Positions 1-8,395 of a DNA stretch of 37,965 nucleotides are shown one piece after another (the stretch's first letter is position 1; every line of letters starts with the position of its first letter). The notes under the pieces were generated by a model that was not told where the DNA came from, made no database searches, and saw nothing but the letters and a program-made list of their open reading frames with translations. Location of the stretch: positions 1 to 37,965 of the IMG/VR virus record IMGVR_UViG_3300024325_000122; one strand, given 5' to 3'. Origin of the DNA: a virus (Duplodnaviria > Caudoviricetes). The translations under genes were made by a program, and so were the position numbers.

Positions 1-13
1 AGCCAGCCTCCTT

Positions 14-53
14 GTCAAAGCCTCCACAGTCATTGTGGGAGGACTGCTTTGAC
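14..53. repeat. Imperfect inverted repeat (possible att-region or hairpin element)
   Basis: GTCAAAGC (14-21) / GCTTTGAC (46-53) enclosing CCTCCACA / TGTGGGAGG. Confidence 0.5.
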
Positions 54-115
54 TATAGGCGGCGCACAGAAATTGAATAGGGGTCCTAATGTGCACAATG
101 CTCTAGAACCACACA

Positions 116-152
116 GCCTCTCTGTAACCCCTTTAGCGCCTCTCTGTAACCC
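116..152. repeat. 15-bp direct repeat GCCTCTCTGTAACCC x2, possible integrase arm-type sites
   Basis: Exact copies at 116-130 and 138-152, 22 bp period. Confidence 0.6.
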
Positions 153-521
153 ATCACCGGACCTTGTGCCCTCGACGGCACCACGCAACACGATCTAAGT
201 ACGGCGCATGGAGGCACTTAGAAAATCGGCGCGTCGTCGGGTTATCTCGCTCTCGCGAGAGTACGTACTTCTTCCATCGCACGTTCAGTCTGGCGTCCCC
301 GCCAGTCCAGTCAAGGGGATCGTTCCGCGCCCAGGATCGGTCGCGGTCGCCGGTGCCGGCAGGCCGATGCTTCGCAATTATATCGACCTGCCACCAACGA
401 CACGCTCCTACCTCTGCGCTCCACGACCCCTATGACAGAACTGGCTTGCGGGCCGCAGCCTTCACGTGCGATGGAAAAACTATCGCCCGTGCGCTAGTCC
501 CGCCGGAACATCACAGCAACA

Positions 522-710
522 ATGCCTAAATATCGAGTCTATGCCCATGAAACCCTCGTGTACTCATACGAGGTCCGAGCAGACGACGAAGCAGAAGCCA
601 AGAAAATCGCACTCCAATTGTCGAACGAGACGCAGCGAAACCCGGACGATACCTTCTTCGACATTGGTGAGGTGCAACCCCTCGACGATGACGCCGAAGT
701 AGAAAACTGA
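522..710 (+). CDS. Small DpnD/PcfM-like hypothetical protein
   Basis: MPKYRV...YEVRADDEAEAKKIA pattern; ATG start, coupled to next ORF. Confidence 0.7.
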   Translation: MPKYRVYAHETLVYSYEVRADDEAEAKKIALQLSNETQRNPDDTFFDIGEVQPLDDDAEVEN

Positions 711-711
711 C

Positions 712-936
712 ATGCCCCGCTATCGAATCGTCCTGTCCGAAGCCGCTTTCTACCGCATCGCGGTAGAGGCGGCGACGGAGGAGGAGGCAGAGAAAATCGC
801 TCTCTCCCGAAGAGTGCCTCTCGGTGTCCGTCCCTACGACTTTGCGCCGTTCAAGGTCGAGCGCATTTCGTTCCTTGATGACACACCACGCCGTGCGAAA
901 TACCGGCGCAGAACGGGGCGACGGCGACGCCCTTGA
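712..936 (+). CDS. Small DpnD/PcfM-like protein, paralogue of 522-710
   Basis: MPRYRI...IAVEAATEEEAEKIA, same pattern as the upstream ORF. Confidence 0.7.
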   Translation: MPRYRIVLSEAAFYRIAVEAATEEEAEKIALSRRVPLGVRPYDFAPFKVERISFLDDTPRRAKYRRRTGRRRRP

Positions 937-966
937 CGAACGGTTCATAACCGTTACTGTTAAGGC
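933..966 (+). promoter_or_regulatory. Sigma70-type promoter P1 with palindromic operator
   Basis: TTGACG (933-938), 16 nt, TACTGT (955-960); AACGGTT-CAT-AACCGTT palindrome at 939-955. Confidence 0.7.
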
Positions 967-1122
967 ATGAACGAACAAGAATTACTGAAAGCCGCCGCCA
1001 GCTTGCGGGGCAAGAGGAGCTGGGCCGCCAGAGTAAAGAAGGCCGGAGGTAAGAAAGCCGCCGCAAAGCAAATGCGGGCAATACGAGCCGCAAAACGCAC
1101 CATGGAGTTATCAACAGGTTAG
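967..1122 (+). CDS. 51-aa basic, probably leaderless protein (candidate small DNA-binding regulator); below ORF-track cutoff
   Basis: MNEQELLKAAASLRGKRSWAARVKKAGGKKAAAKQMRAIRAAKRTMELSTG; ATG 6 nt after the -10 box. Confidence 0.65.
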   Translation: MNEQELLKAAASLRGKRSWAARVKKAGGKKAAAKQMRAIRAAKRTMELSTG

Positions 1123-1148
1123 CCATTTAGCCTTGATTTTCCTAGGGC

Positions 1149-1184
1149 TTGACGAACGGTTCAGGGGGAGTATTGTTAAGGCAT
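1149..1184 (+). promoter_or_regulatory. Sigma70-type promoter P2, near-copy of P1
   Basis: TTGACGAACGGTTCA...TATTGTTAAGGCAT; same -35, spacer length and downstream sequence as P1. Confidence 0.7.
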
Positions 1185-1222
1185 AAAGGCCGATCAACAC
1201 TCACCAAACACTAACCCATGTC

Positions 1223-1459
1223 ATGGCAAAACAAGAAGCGAGTTATCTATGCGACGTTTGCGGCGACCGCTATGCTTCCGGGTCCGACGTTCGCGGTTCT
1301 GTTTCTATCTATAGCTCTCACGGCTCTTTTATTTGCGGCGATGTCTGTGATGACTGCGCCGACCGAGTTTTAAAGGCTCTGAAAGAGCGGTTCGAGTACA
1401 TCGTCTTTACCGAGCACTCGCACGACACGAAGGCGATGGAGTCCCAAAAATCAACCTAG
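1223..1459 (+). CDS. Small zinc-binding hypothetical protein
   Basis: CDVC...CDDC motifs. Confidence 0.7.
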   Translation: MAKQEASYLCDVCGDRYASGSDVRGSVSIYSSHGSFICGDVCDDCADRVLKALKERFEYIVFTEHSHDTKAMESQKST

Positions 1460-1478
1460 TCGAAATTACCCGAGCATC

Positions 1479-1545
1479 CGGGAGAGATGGCGCCCCTGGC
1501 CACGCGCTGCAAGGTCTACCGCTCAGGTTCCCTTGCACTCTCCCG
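1479..1545 (+). ncRNA. Intergenic three-way-junction RNA element
   Basis: Closing stem CGGGAGAG/CTCTCCCG with inner hairpins TGGC/GCCA and TGCAAGG/CCTTGCA. Confidence 0.55.
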
Positions 1546-1561
1546 AATATCAATCACTCAC

Positions 1562-1993
1562 ATGAAACTGGAAGACCAAGTAGTAAGCCGAGAACTCGCA
1601 ATGAGACTCAAGGAGCTAGGCGTAAAGCAGGAGAGCTTCTTTGTCTGGTCCGTCGCCAACCTGAGTTCTATGACCGCCGAAGTGACCACCCAGATGTATG
1701 CCAGCTCGATCCATGGTAACGGAGTAGATTGTTCCGCCTTCACGGTCGCCGAACTGGGCGAGATGTTGCCCCGCGAGGTCAATGTTCCGCTATCTAGCGG
1801 TAAGAAGCGCAAATACTCGCATCGCGTTACATACTCGATTTACGGCAATGAAAGCCGGCACGGAAATTACAGAGTTGGCCTCAATCATGGTACGGCGATA
1901 TTCCAGTATAGCGAGTATGCCGGTACCGAAGCCGACGCCCGCGCAAAGATGCTCCTCTACCTACTCGAAAACAAACTCATTTCATTCTCATGA
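1562..1993 (+). CDS. Phage hypothetical protein
   Basis: ATG at 1562 (MKLEDQVVSRELAMRLKELG...AFTVAELGEMLP...EADARAKMLLYLLEN); phage-like pattern, coupled to next gene. Confidence 0.8.
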   Translation: MKLEDQVVSRELAMRLKELGVKQESFFVWSVANLSSMTAEVTTQMYASSIHGNGVDCSAFTVAELGEMLPREVNVPLSSGKKRKYSHRVTYSIYGNESRHGNYRVGLNHGTAIFQYSEYAGTEADARAKMLLYLLENKLISFS

Positions 1994-2799
1994 AAAAAGA
2001 AATCCGGACGGCCGACACCGAGAAAGGCATCGTCCAAATCACCACCTACGATGAGCGCTGGTACGCACGCGACATCAAAGACCCGAAGACCGCGCTCCCG
2101 ACGTACAGCTTCGTTCCCTCCGTCACTTGGATAACTCACTTCTACCCGAAAGGTGAGGCGTTCCTGAAGTGGTACGCCAAGCATGGCTGGGACGAGGCAG
2201 AAGCCCTGAAGTCCGCCGCAGGGGACAAGGGTTCGAAGATCCATCTCGCGATAGCCGACCTCCTCGCTGGCAACACCGTGAGTATCGACTCTAAGTACAT
2301 CAACAAGTCCACCGGCAACGAGGAGGAGCTGACGCCGAACGAATACGAGGCGGTCATGTCGTTCCTCGACTGGTACCTCGAAACGAAGCCCGAAGTTCTC
2401 CAGTTCGAGTACGTCGTCTTCAACTCCGCCGACGGCTACGCCGGAACGGTGGACCTGAAGTGCAAGCTCGGCGACGAGGTCTGGATCATCGACGTGAAAT
2501 CCGGCCTCGACGTCCACCCGGAACACGAGCTTCAGGTATCCGCCTACAAGCACGCCGAGGGACAGGAAGCCGTCACCCGGCTCGCAATCCTCCAGGTCGG
2601 ATACAAACGGAACAAGACGAAGAAGTTCAAGTTTACCGAGGTGCCCGACAAGTTCGGAGTGTTCCTCTCGACAAAAGCTATCTGGCAGAACGAAACCGAG
2701 GGCGTCACGATCTCGCAGAAGGACTACCCGATGAGCATCTCGATTCCGAAGGCGGAAGAAGCAAAGGCCGAAGATCAACCAATTGAACAAGCCGCATGA
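1990..2799 (+). CDS. PD-(D/E)XK exonuclease (RecE/Cas4-like)
   Basis: PSVT, GSKIH, YAGTVD, IIDVKSG and QVSAY motifs. Confidence 0.85.
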   Translation: MKKEIRTADTEKGIVQITTYDERWYARDIKDPKTALPTYSFVPSVTWITHFYPKGEAFLKWYAKHGWDEAEALKSAAGDKGSKIHLAIADLLAGNTVSIDSKYINKSTGNEEELTPNEYEAVMSFLDWYLETKPEVLQFEYVVFNSADGYAGTVDLKCKLGDEVWIIDVKSGLDVHPEHELQVSAYKHAEGQEAVTRLAILQVGYKRNKTKKFKFTEVPDKFGVFLSTKAIWQNETEGVTISQKDYPMSISIPKAEEAKAEDQPIEQAA

Positions 2800-3293
2800 A
2801 GACCACCAAACAGGCGATGGACAAGATGAACGTCATTCCTCGCCTCCGCCTCGCGAACCAGACGACGGACGACAACGGCAAAAGAACGGGCATCGTCTCC
2901 ACCGGTCCACACCGCGTGACGTTCGTATCCGACAAGCTCGTAGACGGTTCAGACCCCGACACCGGCGCCACCCGCCAAGAGATCCAGTTCACCGTTGACG
3001 AGAATGGCGTCCGCAAGCTCTGGAACGTCCCGCTCTTCGACAAGAAAGGCCAGCCGAACTACCTCATCGAACGGCTCGCCGACGTGAAGGAAGGCGATGA
3101 AGTAATCCTCGAATCGAAGCGCCGCGGACCGAAGAACTACACGAGCGTTCAGCGTCTCGGCCATGCCACCGAGGTTGAAGCCGACGAAGCGGACGGCGAC
3201 CCAAGCGTCCTCGATTCCATCGTTGACCTCGACGCGGAGGTTGCCCGGCACGATGCCAGGAACGGCGACGCCTCCGACAACCCGCCCTTCTAG
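2796..3293 (+). CDS. Putative ssDNA-binding/annealing protein
   Basis: Follows the exonuclease; beta-rich core and acidic tail ending DNPPF, as in SSB tails. Confidence 0.6.
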   Translation: MKTTKQAMDKMNVIPRLRLANQTTDDNGKRTGIVSTGPHRVTFVSDKLVDGSDPDTGATRQEIQFTVDENGVRKLWNVPLFDKKGQPNYLIERLADVKEGDEVILESKRRGPKNYTSVQRLGHATEVEADEADGDPSVLDSIVDLDAEVARHDARNGDASDNPPF

Positions 3294-3307
3294 ATCACTC
3301 ACCCCAC

Positions 3308-3329
3308 GGGGCAGGTATCGGCCTGCCCC
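3308..3329 (+). terminator. GC-rich hairpin (terminator or stabiliser)
   Basis: GGGGCAGG-tatcgg-CCTGCCCC; no clear U tract. Confidence 0.35.
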
Positions 3330-3346
3330 TCTCATCACACAACCAC

Positions 3347-3628
3347 ATGCGCTTATCTCAATTCAAAGAGAGCGACATCATCACCAGAACAGCCCCGACC
3401 GAGCGAATCAAAGATCACTCGTATTGCGGCGACCCGCTCGAATACGTTGGCTTCGATAAGAGCATCATCGTTCTCATCGACAGCTCCCTTCACTTCGGGG
3501 GTCCGAGAATCCTCACGCTTGACGCCTTCGATTGGGACGACAACAACTGGGACTACTACCCCACCTCGCTCTTAGCGAAGGCGAAAGCCCGGCTCAAGGT
3601 GATCGCTTCAGCCATGAAACCCAACTAG
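3347..3628 (+). CDS. Hypothetical protein
   Basis: ATG ORF in operon context. Confidence 0.7.
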   Translation: MRLSQFKESDIITRTAPTERIKDHSYCGDPLEYVGFDKSIIVLIDSSLHFGGPRILTLDAFDWDDNNWDYYPTSLLAKAKARLKVIASAMKPN

Positions 3629-3634
3629 CTCTCC

Positions 3635-4105
3635 ATGCCACACACCTGCCCGAACTGCGGCGCACGAACCACCCCGACCCTTCACACGTTGAAGTCCGGC
3701 CACATCTCCGCGCTCCTCAAGTTCCGGCAGGCAGTGCGGCACTACAACCGGAACCGCGTCCACATCAGAAAGGAGATGGCCGACCTCCAAGGCGCGCCGT
3801 TCCAACTCACGAAGGACGAATGGACGAACTTCACGAAGCTTCGTTACTTCGGCCTCGTGGCGCACGCCGACGAGAAGAACCGCAGGAGCGGCTACTGGCT
3901 CCTCACACTGAACGGCGGCAGGTTCCTCCGCGGTGAGATCGTCGTCCCGGCTCAGGTAAAGACCTTCCGCGACAAGATCGTGGCGCGGTCATCGAAGACC
4001 ATCGCCCTCCTCGAATTCCAGAAGCAGCTACCCGCCTTTGAGAAAGAGTTCAACTACGAGACGCGCAAGTCGGGCGCGCAGACGATGCCGCTATTCCTTT
4101 CGTGA
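3635..4105 (+). CDS. Hypothetical protein with N-terminal CxxC and possible winged-helix
   Basis: CPNCG; FTKLRYFGLV...GYWLLT pattern. Confidence 0.75.
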   Translation: MPHTCPNCGARTTPTLHTLKSGHISALLKFRQAVRHYNRNRVHIRKEMADLQGAPFQLTKDEWTNFTKLRYFGLVAHADEKNRRSGYWLLTLNGGRFLRGEIVVPAQVKTFRDKIVARSSKTIALLEFQKQLPAFEKEFNYETRKSGAQTMPLFLS

Positions 4106-4494
4106 CGATCACCCTTCCGGGCCGCGTCCCGAGCAAGAAGAACTCAAAGCGCATCATCCTCGCTGGCGGCCGTCCCCGGCTCATCTCTTCCGAAGCATTC
4201 CTCACGTGGCACGTAGAGATGATGCTGAGGGTTCGGCGCTTCCGCCCGAAGGTGCCGATCGCCCGCGCCTCTGTCGCTATCACCCTTTTTGCTGAGTCCC
4301 GCCGCAGGTTCGATCTCTCGAACGCCGCGGAGAGCGTGATGGACCTCCTGGTCGATGCGGAGATCCTCGCGGATGACTCCTGGGCGGTCGTGCCGGAGCT
4401 GACGCTCAAGTTCGGAGGCGTAGAACCGGAGGGCGCGCGAACAGAAATTCAACTCACCAATTACCCAGAACATGAAAAGGCTCTTCCTGAATGA
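4102..4494 (+). CDS. rusA: RusA-like Holliday junction resolvase
   Basis: PSKKNS, RRFDLSN...MDLL...ILADD catalytic pattern. Confidence 0.85.
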   Translation: MTITLPGRVPSKKNSKRIILAGGRPRLISSEAFLTWHVEMMLRVRRFRPKVPIARASVAITLFAESRRRFDLSNAAESVMDLLVDAEILADDSWAVVPELTLKFGGVEPEGARTEIQLTNYPEHEKALPE

Positions 4495-6118
4495 AAAAAC
4501 TTTCGTTGACCTGCCACGCCTTCTCGAAACGAGGCTGCTTCTGCAGGCCAACTCTGGAGGAGGAAAATCTTGGGCAATTCGACGGATCGCTGAGCAGGCA
4601 GCGGGAAACGTTCAGACGATCATCATTGATCTTGAAGGCGAGTTCGCTTCGCTTAGAGAGAAGTATGACTTCATCCTCGCCGGCAAGGGGGGCGACACGC
4701 CCGCTGATCCTCGATCCGCGGCCCTCCTAGCCAGGCGCCTCCTTGAACTCGGCGTCTCGGCGATCATCGATCTCTACGAGCTGCACCCGCAGGAACGGAA
4801 GCACTTCGTGCGTCTCTTTCTTGATTCGATGATGAACGCTCCGAAGGAGCTGTGGCATCCCTGCCTTGTGATCGTGGACGAGGCACACGTCTTCTGCCCG
4901 GAGAAGGGGGAGTCCGAGGCTATGAGTTCGGTAATCGATCTCATGACGCGAGGCCGCAAGCGCGGCTTCTGCGGCGTGCTGGCTACCCAGCGCATCTCGA
5001 AGCTCCACAAGGACTCGGCGGCCGAGTGCAACAACAAGATGATCGGCAGGAGCTCGCAGGACATCGACATGAAGCGAGCATCCGAGGAACTTGGCTTCAC
5101 CTCGAAGACCGACATGCTTTCCCTTCGAGATCTCGAAGCCGGCGAGTTCTATGTTTTTGGCCCGGCTATCTCGCGCCGCGTTGAGCGGATTCAGGTCGGC
5201 GACGTTTCAACATCGCACGCTAGGGGAGGAGCTGCCGGACTCGCAAAGGCGTCCACGCCGAAACCTACGCAAAGAATCCTTGCGATGCTTCCAAAACTTG
5301 GCGACCTCCCGAAAGAGGCAGCCGAGGAAGCTCGCACCGTCGCGGATCTGAAGAACGAGATTCGCACGCTCAAGGCCCACCGGTGCACAACTGCGCCCGA
5401 TGAAGCCGCGACCAAGCGTAACGTCGAAGCGGCGCTTAGGGACCAGGAGAAGCGATTCAAGATCCGCGAGGCCGACATCCTCCGGGGCGTGAAGGGCATA
5501 ACGGACTTCGTGGCTGATGTCGTGAAGCGCGGCCAGCATGTGCTGCACGTACCGACCGTCACAATCGCCGCACCGCAGTTCCTTGTGACAACGCCTCAGC
5601 CTCCCGCCATCCCAAAGGCGCAGTCGCCCGATCGCCCGGCGCCCGATGGCACGTTGCCGCGGCAGGCCGCCCACATCCTCGGAGTTCTTTCGTCCCGGCA
5701 TCCAACGTCGCTCACCCGATCGCAGCTTGCTACGCTCGCCGGAGTGAGTCCGAAGAGCAGCACCTACGCGAACAGTCTCTCGATCCTGAATGTCTCAGGC
5801 TTCATTCGCAAGCACGGGGACCTGATCTCGATGACTCCCGCTGGCTTCGATGTCAGTGGTGCCGCGCCGGAAGTGCCAACGGATCTCGCTGAAGTCCGCC
5901 GAATATGGAAGGAGAAACTCCCCTCTGGCGCATCTCGGCTATTCCAGGCTCTCGAAGGCCCGCATCCCGATGCACTGAGCCGCGACGATCTTGCAAAGGC
6001 CGCCGACATGTCCCCCACGTCCAGCTCGTTTGCGAACTACCTGAGCATGCTCAATACGAATGGGCTGATCACTAAAACCGAAGGCGGCATTCGGCTCTCG
6101 GAAACACTATTCGACTAG
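4472..6118 (+). CDS. HerA/DUF87-like P-loop ATPase with C-terminal tandem winged-helix-like domains
   Basis: Walker A ANSGGGKS, Walker B IVDEAH, GRKRG and ATQR; two C-terminal repeats (LTRSQLA.../LSRDDLA...). Confidence 0.85.
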   Translation: MKRLFLNEKTFVDLPRLLETRLLLQANSGGGKSWAIRRIAEQAAGNVQTIIIDLEGEFASLREKYDFILAGKGGDTPADPRSAALLARRLLELGVSAIIDLYELHPQERKHFVRLFLDSMMNAPKELWHPCLVIVDEAHVFCPEKGESEAMSSVIDLMTRGRKRGFCGVLATQRISKLHKDSAAECNNKMIGRSSQDIDMKRASEELGFTSKTDMLSLRDLEAGEFYVFGPAISRRVERIQVGDVSTSHARGGAAGLAKASTPKPTQRILAMLPKLGDLPKEAAEEARTVADLKNEIRTLKAHRCTTAPDEAATKRNVEAALRDQEKRFKIREADILRGVKGITDFVADVVKRGQHVLHVPTVTIAAPQFLVTTPQPPAIPKAQSPDRPAPDGTLPRQAAHILGVLSSRHPTSLTRSQLATLAGVSPKSSTYANSLSILNVSGFIRKHGDLISMTPAGFDVSGAAPEVPTDLAEVRRIWKEKLPSGASRLFQALEGPHPDALSRDDLAKAADMSPTSSSFANYLSMLNTNGLITKTEGGIRLSETLFD

Positions 6119-6256
6119 ATGCCCGAACCTCTCCTCGTCCACTGCAAACGCTGCCACCGGAACGTAGAACCCGGCAAGAAGCACAACGAGATCTGCGCAG
6201 GCTTCGCCGGGGAATGCTGGCCGTGGTGCAGCTATCCGGAGCCGGTCTCGCGTTGA
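6119..6256 (+). CDS. 45-aa Cys-rich small protein (below ORF cutoff)
   Basis: MPEPLLVHCKRCHRN...ICAGFAGECWPWC; starts directly after the ATPase stop. Confidence 0.5.
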   Translation: MPEPLLVHCKRCHRNVEPGKKHNEICAGFAGECWPWCSYPEPVSR

Positions 6257-6308
6257 CTCCATCGCCCAGCGCGGCGCATCATCGAAACTTGGAACGGAAG
6301 GCTACACC

Positions 6309-7145
6309 TTGAGCATCTTGGAACTCTACTTCGACGAAAGCGGTCACTCGGCGGACAAGCCACTGATCGTCATGGCTGGGTACCTAGCTCCCTCTGAACA
6401 GTGGGTCGGGTTTGCAGACGAGTGGAACGCAGCTCTCATCAAAGCCGGCGTCGTTCTAGCAAATGGCGCACCCGGCCAGTTTCACATGACGGACTGCGAA
6501 GCCAAGCGCAGAGCATTTGAAGGTTGGACAGAAGGCCAGCGGCGCTCGCTCTTGGGCGACTTAATGGCTACGATCGAACGTCATCGACTGCACGCCACTG
6601 GTTTCGTTATTTCGACCGAATGGTGGAAGACCATTGACTGGAACGACGAACACCCCGACCACTTGGCTCTCGAAGATCCGTATCACCACGCGATGCAGAA
6701 CGCGATCGCCACAGCTTTGACCATGACGAATGAGCCGATCGCGGCGCCCGAGCTTTTCGCGCCGACTGGCGTCAAGTGCGTCTTTTCGCAACAAGGTGAG
6801 TTTCAGGGGAGAGCGACGGCGTACATGGCAGCTCTATCCCATTTTCTATCGACAGCCCGGCCTGGATTCGAGCCCTTGACATACGGCGACCCCGCGAAGC
6901 TGCCGCAGCTCCAAGCCGCGGACATCGTGGCCTTCGAATTTCGATGGCGACTCACGAGACCAGACATCGACAGATGGCCGATGCGCCAGATCATCAACAG
7001 CAGGCGCGCGATGTTCGCCGGTATGCCACAAGGCATTCTTGACAACGCAAACCTCGGCGGAGAAGTAAGACCGATCGAGTACCCGACCCAAGTTCTCCAG
7101 GTCGGCGAGGAGTTAGCGAACAAACTGCGAAACCCTACGCCTTGA
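6309..7145 (+). CDS. DUF3800-family (RNase H-like) protein, cargo gene
   Basis: YFDESG N-terminal motif, FHMTD, C-terminal LQAADIVA. Confidence 0.85.
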   Translation: MSILELYFDESGHSADKPLIVMAGYLAPSEQWVGFADEWNAALIKAGVVLANGAPGQFHMTDCEAKRRAFEGWTEGQRRSLLGDLMATIERHRLHATGFVISTEWWKTIDWNDEHPDHLALEDPYHHAMQNAIATALTMTNEPIAAPELFAPTGVKCVFSQQGEFQGRATAYMAALSHFLSTARPGFEPLTYGDPAKLPQLQAADIVAFEFRWRLTRPDIDRWPMRQIINSRRAMFAGMPQGILDNANLGGEVRPIEYPTQVLQVGEELANKLRNPTP

Positions 7146-8088
7146 GCTTGTCCATGTGCTTCTTCATCAGCTCAAGACGGTATCGGCCGTTATCCTTGTG
7201 TCGCACCGCCAACCCGTGCCGATCCGGGTAGAACGTGTATGCATCTAGACCCGCCGCTCTCAGGAACGCTTCTACCTCATTCCTCATGTCCGGCCTTAGT
7301 ATGAACTTTTGCAAACGCCCCGATTTCAAGAGCGCTGGAAATTCCTTGTCGAGCGGCTCAAACGAATCGCCACTCATCGTAAAAGCTGACTTCTGCGCGG
7401 TCATCCTCGCATTTGTGAAGTCCGGGGGCACCGCGATCGTTCTCAGGACAGTTTTTCCAGGAGTCAAATACTTCGGATGCCATAACCGAGCATCGAACAC
7501 GTTCTCCTCATCAGCTTCCATGTCCGAAGGATTATCGAGCGCAATCAACCCGTCACGCCCCTGGCTCTGCTTATTCAGCGCTTGCGGGTCAAGCATCCAG
7601 ATCGCAGCATTCTTTTTCGGGTCATGGCACTTGTCACATGAGATCGACAGCGCGAAATAGGCCGCGCATCCCAAGCTCTCTGTCCAATCCAGCATCCGCG
7701 TGATCTGGCCGTAGTGCTGCATCGCGAACACGATGCCCCAATCTGTTTTCTCGCCGTGATCGAGCAACGGCCACGCTGAAGCCCGGAAGCCTCGATACTC
7801 TGTCTTGTACGTCGACCGCAGAAGATTTATCTGTTCATCTGGTTTCGGCTGAAGCTTGAGCTTCTTTAAGAACTCTTCGACCTCTCGGTGCAACGTAGAC
7901 TTCAACTCAAAAGTCTCATCGGGAAGACCCCGATACCACGCGAGTGAGCCATCCATCCGCCACTCTTCCGCCAGTTTCCCCGCCGTCTCCACGATCTTCG
8001 CCCAGCTCGTTTCCTTCTCGACAGCCGCAACCTCTTCCACAACTCCTCCAGCTCGACGCACAGCCTTCCGCCTTGACGCTTTCCCCAT
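7135..8088 (-). CDS. FRG-domain protein, cargo gene
   Basis: WYRG, MQHYG..TRMLDWT, AAYFA, NARMTAQ..FT motifs; start placed at ATG 8088 (uncertain). Confidence 0.88.
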   Translation of the reverse strand: MGKASRRKAVRRAGGVVEEVAAVEKETSWAKIVETAGKLAEEWRMDGSLAWYRGLPDETFELKSTLHREVEEFLKKLKLQPKPDEQINLLRSTYKTEYRGFRASAWPLLDHGEKTDWGIVFAMQHYGQITRMLDWTESLGCAAYFALSISCDKCHDPKKNAAIWMLDPQALNKQSQGRDGLIALDNPSDMEADEENVFDARLWHPKYLTPGKTVLRTIAVPPDFTNARMTAQKSAFTMSGDSFEPLDKEFPALLKSGRLQKFILRPDMRNEVEAFLRAAGLDAYTFYPDRHGLAVRHKDNGRYRLELMKKHMDKLKA

Positions 8089-8123
8089 GACTGGTACGCT
8101 GAAGATACACCCCACCTGCAGCC

Positions 8124-8321
8124 ATGGCCTCTCTCGACGGAATCGCAAACGCCCGGACAGCGATCAGCGCCGCCGAAGCAGCAACCCGGGAGCGCATCCA
8201 CGATCCCTCGAAGGTCTGCAAAGTTTGCGGCGAAGGCTACGAGTACTCCCTTCGGATCGGTCCCGACTTCTGCGAGCACGACGGCGTTCCAAAACAACCA
8301 ACCAACACACCCCACCCATGA
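8124..8321 (+). CDS. Small hypothetical protein with CxxC
   Basis: CKVC...FCEH; coupled to downstream ORFs. Confidence 0.5.
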   Translation: MASLDGIANARTAISAAEAATRERIHDPSKVCKVCGEGYEYSLRIGPDFCEHDGVPKQPTNTPHP

Positions 8322-8395
8322 AAATCGGATTCGTTCTCGGCTTCCTCGCCTGCGTCGTCCTCCAGGCGATCCTCACCCACGACGCCAGCCTTTGA
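8318..8395 (+). CDS. 25-aa hydrophobic peptide
   Basis: MKIGFVLGFLACVVLQAILTHDASL; ATGA overlaps on both sides. Confidence 0.45.
   Translation: MKIGFVLGFLACVVLQAILTHDASL

Noticed and set aside
164-529. ORFs 164-529 and 208-435
   Set aside because: No motifs, and overlapping alternative frames; coding status unsupported
1990-2799. CRISPR-associated Cas4 / CRISPR or guide array
   Set aside because: No repeat-spacer array or other cas genes seen; fits a phage recombination exonuclease
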